DNA of 51,714 nucleotides, from the NCBI GenBank assembly GCA_038217285.1, contig JBBQPO010000009.1, positions 1-51,714 on the forward strand. Direction: 5' to 3'. The notes under the pieces are model-generated. The model searched no databases. It was not told the DNA's origin and saw only the letters and a program-made list of their open reading frames with translations. Position 1 is the stretch's first letter; each line of letters begins with the position of its first letter. Below, one piece after another: positions 9,445 to 19,606 of the stretch. The position numbers were made by a program, and so were the translations under genes. The stretch comes from Chthonomonadales bacterium. Lineage in GTDB: Bacteria; Armatimonadota; Chthonomonadetes; Chthonomonadales; Chthonomonadaceae.

Positions 9445-10392
9445 ATGAAGCGTGTCGTGAGTATCAGTCTGGGGTCGTCCACGCGCAACAAGAAGGTCCA
9501 CGCCACCTTTTTTGGGGAAGAGTTCGAGATCGAGCGCATCGGAACCGACGGCGATATGCAGAAGTATCGCGATATGGTGACGGAACTTGATGGCAAGGTG
9601 GACGCTTTCGGCGTCGGCGGCACGGACATCTACCTCTATGCGGGCAGCACACGCTACGTTTTCAAAGAGATCCTGCATCTGCTCGACGGCGCGAAGCAGA
9701 CGCCGTTCGTCGATGGCAGCGGCCTGAAACATACGCTGGAGCGCAAGACGGTCGCCTACCTTCAGGAGCAGGGCATCGTCGATTTCCGCGCGAAACGTGT
9801 GCTTCTCGTCAGCGCCGTCGACCGCTTCGGCATGGCGGAGGCGCTGTCGGGGTTGGCGAAATCTATCGTCTTCGGCGACCTTTTGTTCGGGCTGGGGGTT
9901 CCTATCGCCATACGGTCGTGGGGCACGGTGCAGACCCTGGCGAAGCTGATGCTGCCCGCCATCGTCCGAATGCCGTTCAAATGGTTCTATCCGACCGGGG
10001 AGAAGCAGGAGCAGAACACCCCGACGCACGGAAAGTATTTCGCCGAGGCCGATGTGGTAGCCGGTGATTTTATGCTCATCAAGCGTTTCATGCCGGAAGA
10101 TATGCGCGGTAAGATCGTCTTCACCAACACAACGACGGCGGAGGACGTGACGGAACTGATGCGGCGCGGCGTGAACCTGCTCATCACGACGACTCCGGTC
10201 TTCGACGGGCGATCGTTCGGCACGAACGTCATGGAGGCGGTGCTGGTGACGCTGCTCGGAAAGCGCCCGGACGCGCTGACACCCGAGGACTATTTCCGTA
10301 AACTAGAAGAGTTGGGCTGGACGCCGCGTGTGCAGGAGCTTAATCCCGCCCTCGTCCCGCAGCAGGCCGCTCTTGCCGCAGAACAGGCTTAG
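9445..10392 (+). CDS. Conserved hypothetical protein (family often auto-annotated as quinate 5-dehydrogenase)
   Basis: MKRVVSISLGSS...ERIGTDGD...VDGSGLK...GRSFGTNVMEA family pattern, usually paired with the downstream gene. Confidence 0.75.
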   Translation: MKRVVSISLGSSTRNKKVHATFFGEEFEIERIGTDGDMQKYRDMVTELDGKVDAFGVGGTDIYLYAGSTRYVFKEILHLLDGAKQTPFVDGSGLKHTLERKTVAYLQEQGIVDFRAKRVLLVSAVDRFGMAEALSGLAKSIVFGDLLFGLGVPIAIRSWGTVQTLAKLMLPAIVRMPFKWFYPTGEKQEQNTPTHGKYFAEADVVAGDFMLIKRFMPEDMRGKIVFTNTTTAEDVTELMRRGVNLLITTTPVFDGRSFGTNVMEAVLVTLLGKRPDALTPEDYFRKLEELGWTPRVQELNPALVPQQAALAAEQA

Positions 10393-10413
10393 ACAGACGT
10401 TAGAGGAGTTCCG

Positions 10414-11514
10414 ATGGAACAGTTTGCTTTTATCATTCACCCTATCGACGCCAAGCGGGATGTGAGCCGCAAGTACCCCATTGCGAAGTATATGCCCACG
10501 AGCCTGATCGAGTGGATCATCAAAGGCCGGGACCCGGTCGTTATGGCGGAGATGGTCGGTATCCGCTCGAAGACAGGCCGCGAGGCGAAGGGCTATATGA
10601 TCGCCTGCCCTTTGACGCCCCGGCAGATGCTGTCGCTACCGATCGATTTCGTCTGGGACAAACTCCAGAAGTGCGGGGAGCTGGCGCAGGAGAAGGGCGC
10701 GAAGATCCTGGGCCTCGGCGCGTTTACGTCGGTGGTCGGCGACGGCGGCATCACCCTGGCGAAGCGACTCCCCACCCTGCCGATCACGACAGGCAACTCC
10801 TACACGGTGGCGACCGCAATCGAGGGCGCGAAGACGGCGGGCGAGTTGATGGGGATGTTGCTGCCGGAGAGCCGGGTCGCTATCGTCGGTGCGACCGGCT
10901 CTATCGGCGCAACCTGCGCGGAGATCATGGCGCGTGAGGCGGCGGAGGTGGCGCTGGTCGGACGCAATGTGGAGCGGCTCGACACGCTGGCGCAGCGGCT
11001 GAACGCGCAGCACGGCGCTGTCGTCTCGACCTACAACGATGTGGCGGAGGGGCTGCGGGACGCCGACATCATCATCACGGTGACGAGCGCGGTGGAGGCG
11101 GTGATCCTGCCAGAGCATATCAAGTCCGGGGCGGTCGTGTGCGATGTGGCGCGGCCGCGGGATGTGTCGGTGCGCGTGGCGAAAGAGCGCGATGACGTGC
11201 TGGTGATCGAGGGCGGCATGGTCCAGGTGCCGGGCGAGATGCATCTGCCCCGACCGGACAGCCCCGGCAACGAGTTCTCCTTCGGTTTTCCGCCTGGGAC
11301 CTCCTACGCCTGCATGGCGGAGACGATGATGCTAGCGCTCGACCAGCGCTACGAATGTTTTACGCTCGGCAAAGATGTGTCGGTGGCGCAGGTCGATGCC
11401 ATCAATGAGATCGCCACGCGCCACGGTTTCGGCCTCGCCGGCTTTCGCTCCTTCGAGCGCGCGGTCGACCAGGAGTACATCGCCGCCGTGCGCCGCAACG
11501 TCCGCAAGAAATAA
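10414..11514 (+). CDS. NAD(P)-dependent dehydrogenase, COG5322 / long-chain acyl-ACP reductase-like
   Basis: FAFIIHP, LGLGAFTSVVGD, TTGNSYT, Rossmann VAIVGATGSIG, DVARPRD and YACMAETM. Confidence 0.85.
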   Translation: MEQFAFIIHPIDAKRDVSRKYPIAKYMPTSLIEWIIKGRDPVVMAEMVGIRSKTGREAKGYMIACPLTPRQMLSLPIDFVWDKLQKCGELAQEKGAKILGLGAFTSVVGDGGITLAKRLPTLPITTGNSYTVATAIEGAKTAGELMGMLLPESRVAIVGATGSIGATCAEIMAREAAEVALVGRNVERLDTLAQRLNAQHGAVVSTYNDVAEGLRDADIIITVTSAVEAVILPEHIKSGAVVCDVARPRDVSVRVAKERDDVLVIEGGMVQVPGEMHLPRPDSPGNEFSFGFPPGTSYACMAETMMLALDQRYECFTLGKDVSVAQVDAINEIATRHGFGLAGFRSFERAVDQEYIAAVRRNVRKK

Positions 11515-11544
11515 GCGCGATCCTAGATTTCGAGGGCTGAGGTT

Positions 11545-12819
11545 CTGGACAGAAAACGGACATCGAGTGACCGCCAGGTACTGGTGGTCGGCGGCGGCGC
11601 GGCCGGGCTGATCGCAGCCAAACGCGCGGCGGAGTGCGGCGCGCAGGTGACGCTGCTGGAAAAGAACGACCGTCTGGGCATGAAGATCCTGATCTCCGGC
11701 GGCGGCAAGTGCAACCTCACCCACGCGGGCACGATGGAAGAGATCCGTGCCACCTTCCGTCTCCCGGAAGCCCGCTTCCTCAAACCCTCCTTCTACCGTT
11801 TCACCAACGACGATTTTCTCGCCATTCTCCACAGGTCGGGTATGCAGACCTACGTGCGCCCCGATGGCCGTATCTTCCCTGTCGAGCCTTCCAACGCGAA
11901 GGACGTCGTGGAGGCGCTGGAGCAGGCGGTGCAGCAGGCGGGAGTGCGCATCGTGACCGGAGCGGCGGTGAGCGGTTTGGTCGTCGAGGAGGGCCACATC
12001 GCAGGCGTGCGGATAGGAGAGAAGGTACGGCGGGCGGAGCGTGTCATTGTGGCGGTGGGCGGCTCCTCGTATCCCGCGACCGGCACGACCGGCGATGGCT
12101 GGCGGTGGGCGGCGGAGGTCGGGCACACGATGGTCCCTCTGCGAGCGGCGCTGGCGCCGCTCTATCTGGACCGTGTCGAGCCGGACTGGTCGGGCGTGGC
12201 GCTGCGGGAGGTGACGCTGCGGGCGCGGACGCAGGCGGGCGGCAAAGAGTACGTCCGCTGGCGGGGCGACCTGCTCTTCACGCACAAGGGTCTCTCGGGG
12301 CCGTGTGCGCTGGGCGTGTCGCGGGAGATCGGCGAGCGGATGGCCGTCGGGCTCGCGCAGGGCGGCGTCCTGGAGGTCGATCTAATCCCGGACACATCGT
12401 TCGAGGCGCTGCAGGCGCAGATACGGACGGAGCTGCGCGACAGCCCGCGCAAGACCGTGGGCAGCCTCGTGGACCGTTATCTGCCGGATCGCCTGACGAC
12501 ACCGTTTATGGCGACGGCGGGCGTGGAGGCGCAGACGCGCGGCGCGCACCTGTCGGCGAAGGCGCTGAACCAGTTGGTCAACACCCTCAAAGGCTGGCCC
12601 CTCGGCGGCGTTCGCAGCGTCCCTCTCGAACGCGGGGAGGTCGTCGCGGGCGGCGTTAGCCTGGAAGAGGTCGATCCGCAGACGATGGCCTCTCGCCGCA
12701 TACCGGGCCTCTACCTCTGCGGCGAGATCCTCGACATCGCCGGCCCCGTCGGCGGCTACAACCTGCAAGCCGCCTGGAGCACCGGCTACGTCGCCGGAGA
12801 AGCCGCAACAGGAAACTAA
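11545..12819 (+). CDS. HI0933/BaiN-family NAD(P)/FAD-dependent oxidoreductase
   Basis: VVGGGAAG, KILISGGGKCNLT, GGSSYPATGTTGDG and GGYNLQAAWSTG. Start uncertain (CTG at 11545 or GTG at 11584). Confidence 0.92.
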   Translation: MDRKRTSSDRQVLVVGGGAAGLIAAKRAAECGAQVTLLEKNDRLGMKILISGGGKCNLTHAGTMEEIRATFRLPEARFLKPSFYRFTNDDFLAILHRSGMQTYVRPDGRIFPVEPSNAKDVVEALEQAVQQAGVRIVTGAAVSGLVVEEGHIAGVRIGEKVRRAERVIVAVGGSSYPATGTTGDGWRWAAEVGHTMVPLRAALAPLYLDRVEPDWSGVALREVTLRARTQAGGKEYVRWRGDLLFTHKGLSGPCALGVSREIGERMAVGLAQGGVLEVDLIPDTSFEALQAQIRTELRDSPRKTVGSLVDRYLPDRLTTPFMATAGVEAQTRGAHLSAKALNQLVNTLKGWPLGGVRSVPLERGEVVAGGVSLEEVDPQTMASRRIPGLYLCGEILDIAGPVGGYNLQAAWSTGYVAGEAATGN

Positions 12820-13049
12820 CAATTGTTCAAGTGTCCTTTCTGTACGGCGTGTCACGAATCGACCGCTCGCACGTAAGGGATGAGAATGGGAATGTCGCAG
12901 AGGCGACGTCTCTTCCCCAGGTCGTGCCCGACACGTGAGGGATTTTTCCGGAGTTCCGGCACGTATAGGAGCATACCGACCTTGATGTCGTAAGTGCGGC
13001 CCGTCTGTTGTCAGCGCCCCGACAAGAACCGGACCATGGAGAACAAACT

Positions 13050-15377
13050 GTGTTAACCAGAAGCTGCAAACCATTTCGATGGTCGCTGCTCCTGGGCGGT
13101 ATGCTGGCGGCGGGACTGATGCCTGCCGCTCACGTACAGGCTCAGGACGCCGACCAGGGCGACACCGTGTCGGGCTACCGAACGGGCGAGCACACACCCC
13201 GCAATGATCAACCCTTCAGCAACGACGACTCTCAGGCGACTGCCAAGCCGACCGACCCGAAGACGCAAGGACCGGTCCGACTGGCGCGGTTCGCCTATGT
13301 ACACGGCAACGTCACCTGGCGACCGGACAGCACGGCGAGTTGGTCGAAGGCCACGAACAACATGCCGCTGCGCCAGGGCGCGGAGATATGGGTCACCGAG
13401 GGCGGACGCGCCGATCTTCAGTTCGACGACGGCAGCGCGCTGCGCCTGGGCAACAGGGCGCTCGCCGTCCTGAAAGTCCTCTACAGCGACGCGCAGGGCG
13501 AGTTCACCGAGATCGCCCTGAACGACGGTCTCGCGACCCTGCACTCGCGCCATGCCGACGCGGTCTATCAGGTCGATACGCCCATGGCTTCCGTGAAGTC
13601 GAGCGGCGTCTCGCAGGTACGGTTCGGCGTGGACGGCGGCTCCGAGATCGCGGTCCAGACCGGCAGCGCGACGGTGGAGGGCGCCGCCGGGAAGACTACG
13701 GTCGAGGCGGGCCACTATCTCTACCTTCGCGATGCGAATTCGGCCTATACGCCGCACAAAATCCCCGGCGCGGACAGTTGGGACCAGTGGAACAGTGATC
13801 GGAACCGTCTGATCGAGGGCAAGTCGGAGACGTATCGGCATGTGCCGTCCAATATCGGACTGGTCGCCGAAGACCTCGACTCCTCCGGTTCCTGGCACGA
13901 GGATTCAAAATACGGCTGGGTCTGGGCTCCCCGCGTCACCGAGCGCGACTGGCGGCCCTACTACTACGGTCACTGGACCTGGGTCGATCCGTTCGGCTGG
14001 ACCTGGGTTTCCGACGAGTCGTGGGGTTGGGCGCCATACCACTACGGCACCTGGGTCGAGCTTTCGTACGGCTGGTCGTGGTGCCCAGGTTCGCAGTGGC
14101 AGTACTGGTCGCCGGGCGTGGTCAGCTTTTGCTCATACGGAGATCGTATTGGCTGGGCGCCGCTCTGCCCGTGGGAAGTGCGCTATCCCTCGGCGTTCTC
14201 GCTCGGCTACTGGGGCGGAAACTGGGGCCTCTCCTTCTCTATCGGCTGGGCCGGCTGTTACTATCCGAGTTACGGCGGTTTCTGCGAAGGCCGCTCTTTC
14301 GACAACTACTATGTCAACCGGTGGAACGGCGACGACCGTTTTAACAACGGCAATGGCTACCGCTACCGTCCCGGCACCACCGCATCGGACCGTTTGAACG
14401 CCTCGGCGGAGGGTCACGTGGCGGTGAACAGCCGTTTCGTGCCCTACAATGCCAGCCACTCCGCAGGCACGACCTACGCCGCCAACGCCGCGTTCAACGG
14501 GAGAGGCACGTATCAGGCGGCTGCCAAAGGAGACACGTCGTTCTTCAACAGGGGCCAGGCCATCGGCGCGCCCGCCGGAAAAGCGGCGATCTCCGGGCCG
14601 ACCTCGATTCAGCCGACAAGCCTGTCCCGTACCTCCACACGCGCGTTCACGGCGGATGCCCGGCCTTCGCAGAGCGCACTGCAGCGCAGTCTCTACCAGG
14701 CACAGTTGCCAAGCAACGTTCAGCGTAGCCTGCCCGCCACGCAGACCCGCCGTGTCGATGTGATGTCCCGAACCAGCGCGACGGCGGGAGGCGCACCAGG
14801 AAGCCCGATTGGACGCACGAGTCCGGTGGAGTCCGGCCTCTCGTCGGGAAGATCCCGGCCCGGTTTCTCACCGGCCTCCCCCGATCATAGCACGGTGACC
14901 ACGGCCAACAGTTCGAGCCGCAGTCCGGCAGAAGCGGCGCGCCAGGCGCGCGCCTCACTTGGTATGGATGGTACGCGCTCCAGTTCCGAGTTCTCTCGCG
15001 GCGGTGACCGTTCGGGCGTCACTAGCGGATCGGCGGGCAGCAACGGAGATCGTACTTCGGGCAGTTACCGGAACGGCAGCGGCGGCGACCGGAGTTACCC
15101 CGGTTCCGGACGTAACTCTCCGGGCGCAGGTTCGCCTCCCTCTGCGGGACACAGCTACGGCGGCAGTTCACGCGGGTCCGATCCTGGCAGTGCGCCTCGC
15201 TCCTACCGCGTAGGCCCCAGTGATGGCGGCGGTTCCGGCGGTCGGAGTTCCGGCAGCAGCGGTGGTTCGGGCGGAGGAAGGTCGAGTGGAAGCTCCGATG
15301 GCGGTGCCCCGAGCGGCGGCAGTTCCGGCGGCGGGCGTTCGAGCGGAGGAGGTTCCCCCTTCAATCGGGGCCGCTAA
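13050..15377 (+). CDS. Secreted FecR-domain / DUF6600 protein with a Gly/Ser-rich tail
   Basis: GGAG RBS before GTG; signal peptide; FecR-like ADLQFDDGSALRLG; DUF6600-type WRPYYYGHWTW...WGWAPYHYGTW. Confidence 0.85.
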   Translation: MLTRSCKPFRWSLLLGGMLAAGLMPAAHVQAQDADQGDTVSGYRTGEHTPRNDQPFSNDDSQATAKPTDPKTQGPVRLARFAYVHGNVTWRPDSTASWSKATNNMPLRQGAEIWVTEGGRADLQFDDGSALRLGNRALAVLKVLYSDAQGEFTEIALNDGLATLHSRHADAVYQVDTPMASVKSSGVSQVRFGVDGGSEIAVQTGSATVEGAAGKTTVEAGHYLYLRDANSAYTPHKIPGADSWDQWNSDRNRLIEGKSETYRHVPSNIGLVAEDLDSSGSWHEDSKYGWVWAPRVTERDWRPYYYGHWTWVDPFGWTWVSDESWGWAPYHYGTWVELSYGWSWCPGSQWQYWSPGVVSFCSYGDRIGWAPLCPWEVRYPSAFSLGYWGGNWGLSFSIGWAGCYYPSYGGFCEGRSFDNYYVNRWNGDDRFNNGNGYRYRPGTTASDRLNASAEGHVAVNSRFVPYNASHSAGTTYAANAAFNGRGTYQAAAKGDTSFFNRGQAIGAPAGKAAISGPTSIQPTSLSRTSTRAFTADARPSQSALQRSLYQAQLPSNVQRSLPATQTRRVDVMSRTSATAGGAPGSPIGRTSPVESGLSSGRSRPGFSPASPDHSTVTTANSSSRSPAEAARQARASLGMDGTRSSSEFSRGGDRSGVTSGSAGSNGDRTSGSYRNGSGGDRSYPGSGRNSPGAGSPPSAGHSYGGSSRGSDPGSAPRSYRVGPSDGGGSGGRSSGSSGGSGGGRSSGSSDGGAPSGGSSGGGRSSGGGSPFNRGR

Positions 15378-15463
15378 TACCAACCGGCTCTTGCACGATG
15401 TTGCGAGATGAGCAACTCGAATGTTCTGTCAGCCTACAGCGTTGCGGGTAAAGAGCAGGGATC

Positions 15464-17236
15464 TCATCGCGGAAGCGGCACGTCTCTACCTGCGAAGCTG
15501 TGGGGCCGAAACTGGGCTTCGTGGAGGCGCTGGTAGACGCCGCCGGCGTTCATCAGTTCGTGATGGAGCCCTTGCTCGGCGATGCCTGTTTCGTCTACGA
15601 CGACGATACGGTCTGCGTTTTGGATCGTCGCCAGTCGGTGCGCGATGACGAGGGTCGTGCGTCCGACGGCCAGTTCTGCCAGTGACGCCTGGATCGCCCG
15701 CTCGGTTTCGGTGTCCAGCGCCGAGGTCGCCTCGTCCAGAATGAGGATGGGCGGGTTTTTCAGGAACATTCGCGCAATCGCCATGCGCTGTTTCTGCCCG
15801 CCGGAGAGCTTCACGCCTCGCTCCCCAATGATCGTCTCCAGCCCGTCGGGCAGTTGGCTGATCATATCGTCCAGGCGTGCGCGGCGGGCCGCTTCCAGGA
15901 TTTCGGCTTCGGTCGCATCGAGGCGGCCGTAGGCGATGTTCTCGCGAATGGTGCCTGCGAAGAGGAAGACATCCTGCTGCACAAGGCCAATGTTGCGCCG
16001 CAGAGACGCCAGTTTCATCTGCCGGATGTCGATACCGTCCACGGTGATGCGCCCGGCGTTGGGCTCGTAGAAGCGAGGCACCAGGGAGCAGATCGTCGTC
16101 TTACCCGCCCCGCTCGGCCCGACGAACGCCACCGTCTCCCCCGCATGGACCACCAGATCGACACCCTCCAGAACATTCTTGTGGGCTTCGTAGCCGAACG
16201 TGACGTTCTCGAAGCGTATCTCTCCCCGCAGATGGCCGATCTCGAGGGCGTCGGGCGCATCGGCTATGTCGGGCACAGTAGCGAGTAGTTCCGTGTAACG
16301 CTTGAAGCCTGCGATGCCCTTGGGATAGGTCTCCAGCACGGCGTTGATCTTTTCGACGGGGCGGAAGAACACATTGACCAGGAGCAGAAAGCCCATGAAT
16401 CCTCCGACCGTCAACTGGTGGTGCAGCACATAGTAGGCGCCCGCGATCATCACGAAGAGCTGCACGATACGCATCGTCATGTAGCTGAGCGACATGCTTT
16501 TGGACATCAGGCGATAGGCGTCGAGTTTGTTCTGGCGGTACTTCTCATTGTCCCCGGCGAAGAGCGCGCGCTCGTGGTCTTCGTTGGCGAAGGCCTGCAC
16601 CACACGGATACCGCCCACATTCTCCTCGATGCGCGCATTGAAATCCCCCACCCGCCCAAACAACGTCCGCATCGTCTGGGTCATGGCTTTGCCATAGCGG
16701 GTCGAGATCCAGGCCATGGGCGGCACGACGAGGCCGGTGATCAGCGCGAGCCTGGCATTGAGGGTGTACATCAGAAGGAAGGAGGCGAAAAAGGTCATGA
16801 TCGCGATGAAGGCGTCTTCGGGCCCGTGGTGCGCGACCTCCCCCACATCCTCCAGGTCTTTGGTCACACGGGCGACGAGTCGGCCCGTCTTCTGATTGTC
16901 GAAGAACCGGAAGGAGAGCTTCTGGAGATGATCGAAGGTCTTGCGGCGCATCTCGGTCTCGATGGAGATGCCGAGCACGTGGCCCCAGTAGTTGACAATA
17001 TAGGACAGACCCGTATTGAGCATATAGATGGCGAGCAGCCCTATCGTCGCTCCGAGGATCAGCCCCCAGTTCTGACTGGGCAGGAGACGGTCGACGAATG
17101 TGCGAACCGCGAGGGGAAAGGCGAGTTCCAGGAGTCCAGAGAGGACCGCGCACGAGAAGTCGAGCACGAACAGCCCGCGATGGGGCCGATAGTAGGCGAA
17201 GAATTGGCGAAGCATAGGTTGTTTAAGGTACTCCAA
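15464..17236 (-). CDS. ABC exporter, fused permease/ATP-binding protein
   Basis: TM domain, Walker A GPSGAGKT, signature LSGGQKQR, Walker B ILILDEATSALD. Confidence 0.96.
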   Translation of the reverse strand: MEYLKQPMLRQFFAYYRPHRGLFVLDFSCAVLSGLLELAFPLAVRTFVDRLLPSQNWGLILGATIGLLAIYMLNTGLSYIVNYWGHVLGISIETEMRRKTFDHLQKLSFRFFDNQKTGRLVARVTKDLEDVGEVAHHGPEDAFIAIMTFFASFLLMYTLNARLALITGLVVPPMAWISTRYGKAMTQTMRTLFGRVGDFNARIEENVGGIRVVQAFANEDHERALFAGDNEKYRQNKLDAYRLMSKSMSLSYMTMRIVQLFVMIAGAYYVLHHQLTVGGFMGFLLLVNVFFRPVEKINAVLETYPKGIAGFKRYTELLATVPDIADAPDALEIGHLRGEIRFENVTFGYEAHKNVLEGVDLVVHAGETVAFVGPSGAGKTTICSLVPRFYEPNAGRITVDGIDIRQMKLASLRRNIGLVQQDVFLFAGTIRENIAYGRLDATEAEILEAARRARLDDMISQLPDGLETIIGERGVKLSGGQKQRMAIARMFLKNPPILILDEATSALDTETERAIQASLAELAVGRTTLVIAHRLATIQNADRIVVVDETGIAEQGLHHELMNAGGVYQRLHEAQFRPHSFAGRDVPLPR

Positions 17237-17502
17237 GCGTAGGCGTCGAGATAGTGAGAAAAGAGAGCCCTCGTTTTACTACGAACGGACTGGCATTGGT
17301 TTCGTCTCCTGTCAGTATCGTTCCATGATATACTTCTGCAAAACGCTTCGGCCTTGATCTCCACGATGTTGATGCCGCTCCAACTCGGTATCCTGTCCAG
17401 AGCGTCGCAGGCCGTTCGCGCCCAAACCAGCGGAGGGAGGGTTTCCCGGTTCCGCTTTCCCATGCGTCCCGGCCAATAATGCGAAAGAGGAGGAAGCGGG
17501 GC

Positions 17503-17531
17503 TTGACATACCTAGCTGAACATGATATAAT
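17503..17531 (+). promoter_or_regulatory. Consensus sigma-70 promoter of the PadR operon
   Basis: TTGACA-17 nt-TATAAT with extended -10 TG. Confidence 0.85.
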
Positions 17532-17571
17532 ACCCATGATAACCCCAAGAGACATAATAAGGAGCCTGACG

Positions 17572-17919
17572 ATGGCTGATGATCGCGATCTATTACGCGG
17601 CAATATTCCTACCCTCATACTCGCTGTCGTGAGCGAGGGGCCTTTGCACGGCCTCGCGATTGCGCGGGAGATCAATCAGCGCAGCAACAAGGCCCTGGAG
17701 CTGAAGCAGGGCACACTCTATCCGGCGCTGCATGCTCTGGAGCGGGATGGATGGATCTGCGGCGAGTGGGAGATCCTCGAGGGGGAGCGACCGCGCAAAA
17801 TCTATACGCTGACCCCCGACGGAACGGCGGAACTGGAGCGTAGGATGCGGGCGTGGGACCAGTTTACAGCGGCGATGGAGAGGGTGACGAGGAGCAAGCG
17901 TCATGAGCAAACAGCCTGA
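17572..17919 (+). CDS. PadR-family transcriptional regulator
   Basis: AAGGAG RBS; LHGLAIAREI, GTLYPALHALE and RKIYTLT motifs. Confidence 0.93.
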   Translation: MADDRDLLRGNIPTLILAVVSEGPLHGLAIAREINQRSNKALELKQGTLYPALHALERDGWICGEWEILEGERPRKIYTLTPDGTAELERRMRAWDQFTAAMERVTRSKRHEQTA

Positions 17920-18613
17920 GCTGAAACTGATTGCAACCGGCCTGCAGGCGCAGCAGCTCTCCTGTGACGAGCGCCTGGAGGACTATCTGGAACATCTGGG
18001 CGCGCCGCTGGTCGGCATCGTGCCCTATCCGGAGCGCAAAGCGTTTCGTCAGGAGGCTCATGCGCATATCGAGGGGCTGATCCGCGAATATGTGTGGCAG
18101 GGGCAGGACCTGAAAAAGGCGACCGAGACAGCTTTGCGGGAGTTCGGTGAGCCCTGGAAGGTGGGACGAGCCTTCTTAGAGGAGTGGCTGCAGGGAACGC
18201 CGCGCCTGCGTCCGCCGATCCTGATCCGCAGGGCGACAAGCACGGCCTTCGCCTGGTTCGGCATCGCCTCCATGCTGATCCTGCTGCTGCTCGAACAGGT
18301 TCTGAGCGCTCCCACGCATGAGGCTCTGCTTCCCGGTATCGGGCTGCTAGCTTTTCTGGCTCCGTTTGTGGCGGGCGGCCTGACAGGGGTGATGTGCCCC
18401 TCCCAGACAGAGCGCGGGGTGCGCAACGCGGTGGGCTTCCTGACCTTGCATTCCGTTGTCATCGGCCTACTCTTGCTGCCCAGGGTAGAAGGCTTGGCCT
18501 TTGCCGCGTGGCAGTTGCTCTTCTGGCTGCCCGCGGGCCGGATTACCGCCGGGATGAGCGCCGCCTGCCTGCGACAGGCGCGGCGTCAACGTTTTTGGCA
18601 GATCGCTCGTTAG
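17903..18613 (+). CDS. Membrane protein with N-terminal HAAS/permease-prefix domain (PadR partner)
   Basis: EAHAHIE...ALREFGEP motif followed by about four TM helices; overlaps the PadR stop. Confidence 0.75.
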   Translation: MSKQPELKLIATGLQAQQLSCDERLEDYLEHLGAPLVGIVPYPERKAFRQEAHAHIEGLIREYVWQGQDLKKATETALREFGEPWKVGRAFLEEWLQGTPRLRPPILIRRATSTAFAWFGIASMLILLLLEQVLSAPTHEALLPGIGLLAFLAPFVAGGLTGVMCPSQTERGVRNAVGFLTLHSVVIGLLLLPRVEGLAFAAWQLLFWLPAGRITAGMSAACLRQARRQRFWQIAR

Positions 18614-18658
18614 GTGGAGGGCGGCGCGCTGTGGCGCCTGCTCCGGAAAGGTACGCAC

Positions 18659-19357
18659 ATGTCACTCCGTCTCTCTCGTCCCCTCGGATTTACCCTCGTC
18701 GAGTTACTGGTAGTAATCGCTATCATCGGCCTCTTAGCGGCGCTGCTGTTTCCGATCTTCGCCAGAGCGCGCGAGAAGGCGCGGCAGACCACCTGCGTCA
18801 GCAATCTGCGCCAGCTCGGGCAGGCGTTCACGCTGTATGCCCAGGACTACGACCAGCGCCTGCCGGAGCAGTGGTTGGGCAGGTCGAAGGACTCTCCGAA
18901 CAGCGCGGCTCTCACGACCGCCTGGGAGACTTACATCAACCCCTACACGAAGAGTAAGGAGATCAACCGCTGTCCGAGCGACATCCTATCGGCTCCGCTC
19001 AACGTGCCCGGTACGAACACGACGCTGTTCAGCTCGTACGCCACAGCCTGGAACGTGCAGGGACAGACGTTGGCGGCGATCCCTTCGTCCTCGATGACCG
19101 TTCTGCTCGTCGAAAACTGGCAGAACGCGGATACCGATCTGAACTGGCTCGTGCAGCAGCTTGGGAAGAAGAGCTTTACGATGGAGTGGCCAGCTGTCTT
19201 TGAGCAGCCGGAGTTTCGCCATAACGAGACGGGCAACTATCTGTTTGTAGACGACCACGTCAAAACGTTGCCGGGCCCAAACCCGAAGTTTCCTGGCTAC
19301 CTGACGGGGCCGAACGGCGCGGCCCGCTGCGCAGGCGGCGATCCTTTGCCACAGTGA
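18659..19357 (+). CDS. Prepilin-type N-terminal cleavage/methylation protein (DUF1559, H-X9-DG-like)
   Basis: [42 protein letters not shown]-terminal [16 protein letters not shown] (DD in place of DG). Confidence 0.92.
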   Translation: MSLRLSRPLGFTLVELLVVIAIIGLLAALLFPIFARAREKARQTTCVSNLRQLGQAFTLYAQDYDQRLPEQWLGRSKDSPNSAALTTAWETYINPYTKSKEINRCPSDILSAPLNVPGTNTTLFSSYATAWNVQGQTLAAIPSSSMTVLLVENWQNADTDLNWLVQQLGKKSFTMEWPAVFEQPEFRHNETGNYLFVDDHVKTLPGPNPKFPGYLTGPNGAARCAGGDPLPQ

Positions 19358-19606
19358 CCTAGCTGCGTCGGGTGAGAGTCCGTGAATCTCGGGCGGAATC
19401 TGGATCGTCAGGGACAGGTCTGCGGTTTTATCGGGGGTCTTCAGGGAGACCCCCAGTCAGGCCGAGCCGGACTGCCTGCTGGGGAGAGGGCCAGGGCGCG
19501 CCATTGGGACGATGACGGTGGTATGCGGTAAGCGTTGAGTCATTCGTCCGGTTGGTAGTGCCACTACTGAAAGCGAACGACAGAAAGCCGACGCCATCGT
19601 TGCGGA

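Noticed and set aside
14950-15370. Gly/Ser-rich quasi-repeats
   Set aside because: Ordinary low-complexity tail of DUF6600-type proteins, not a DNA repeat element.
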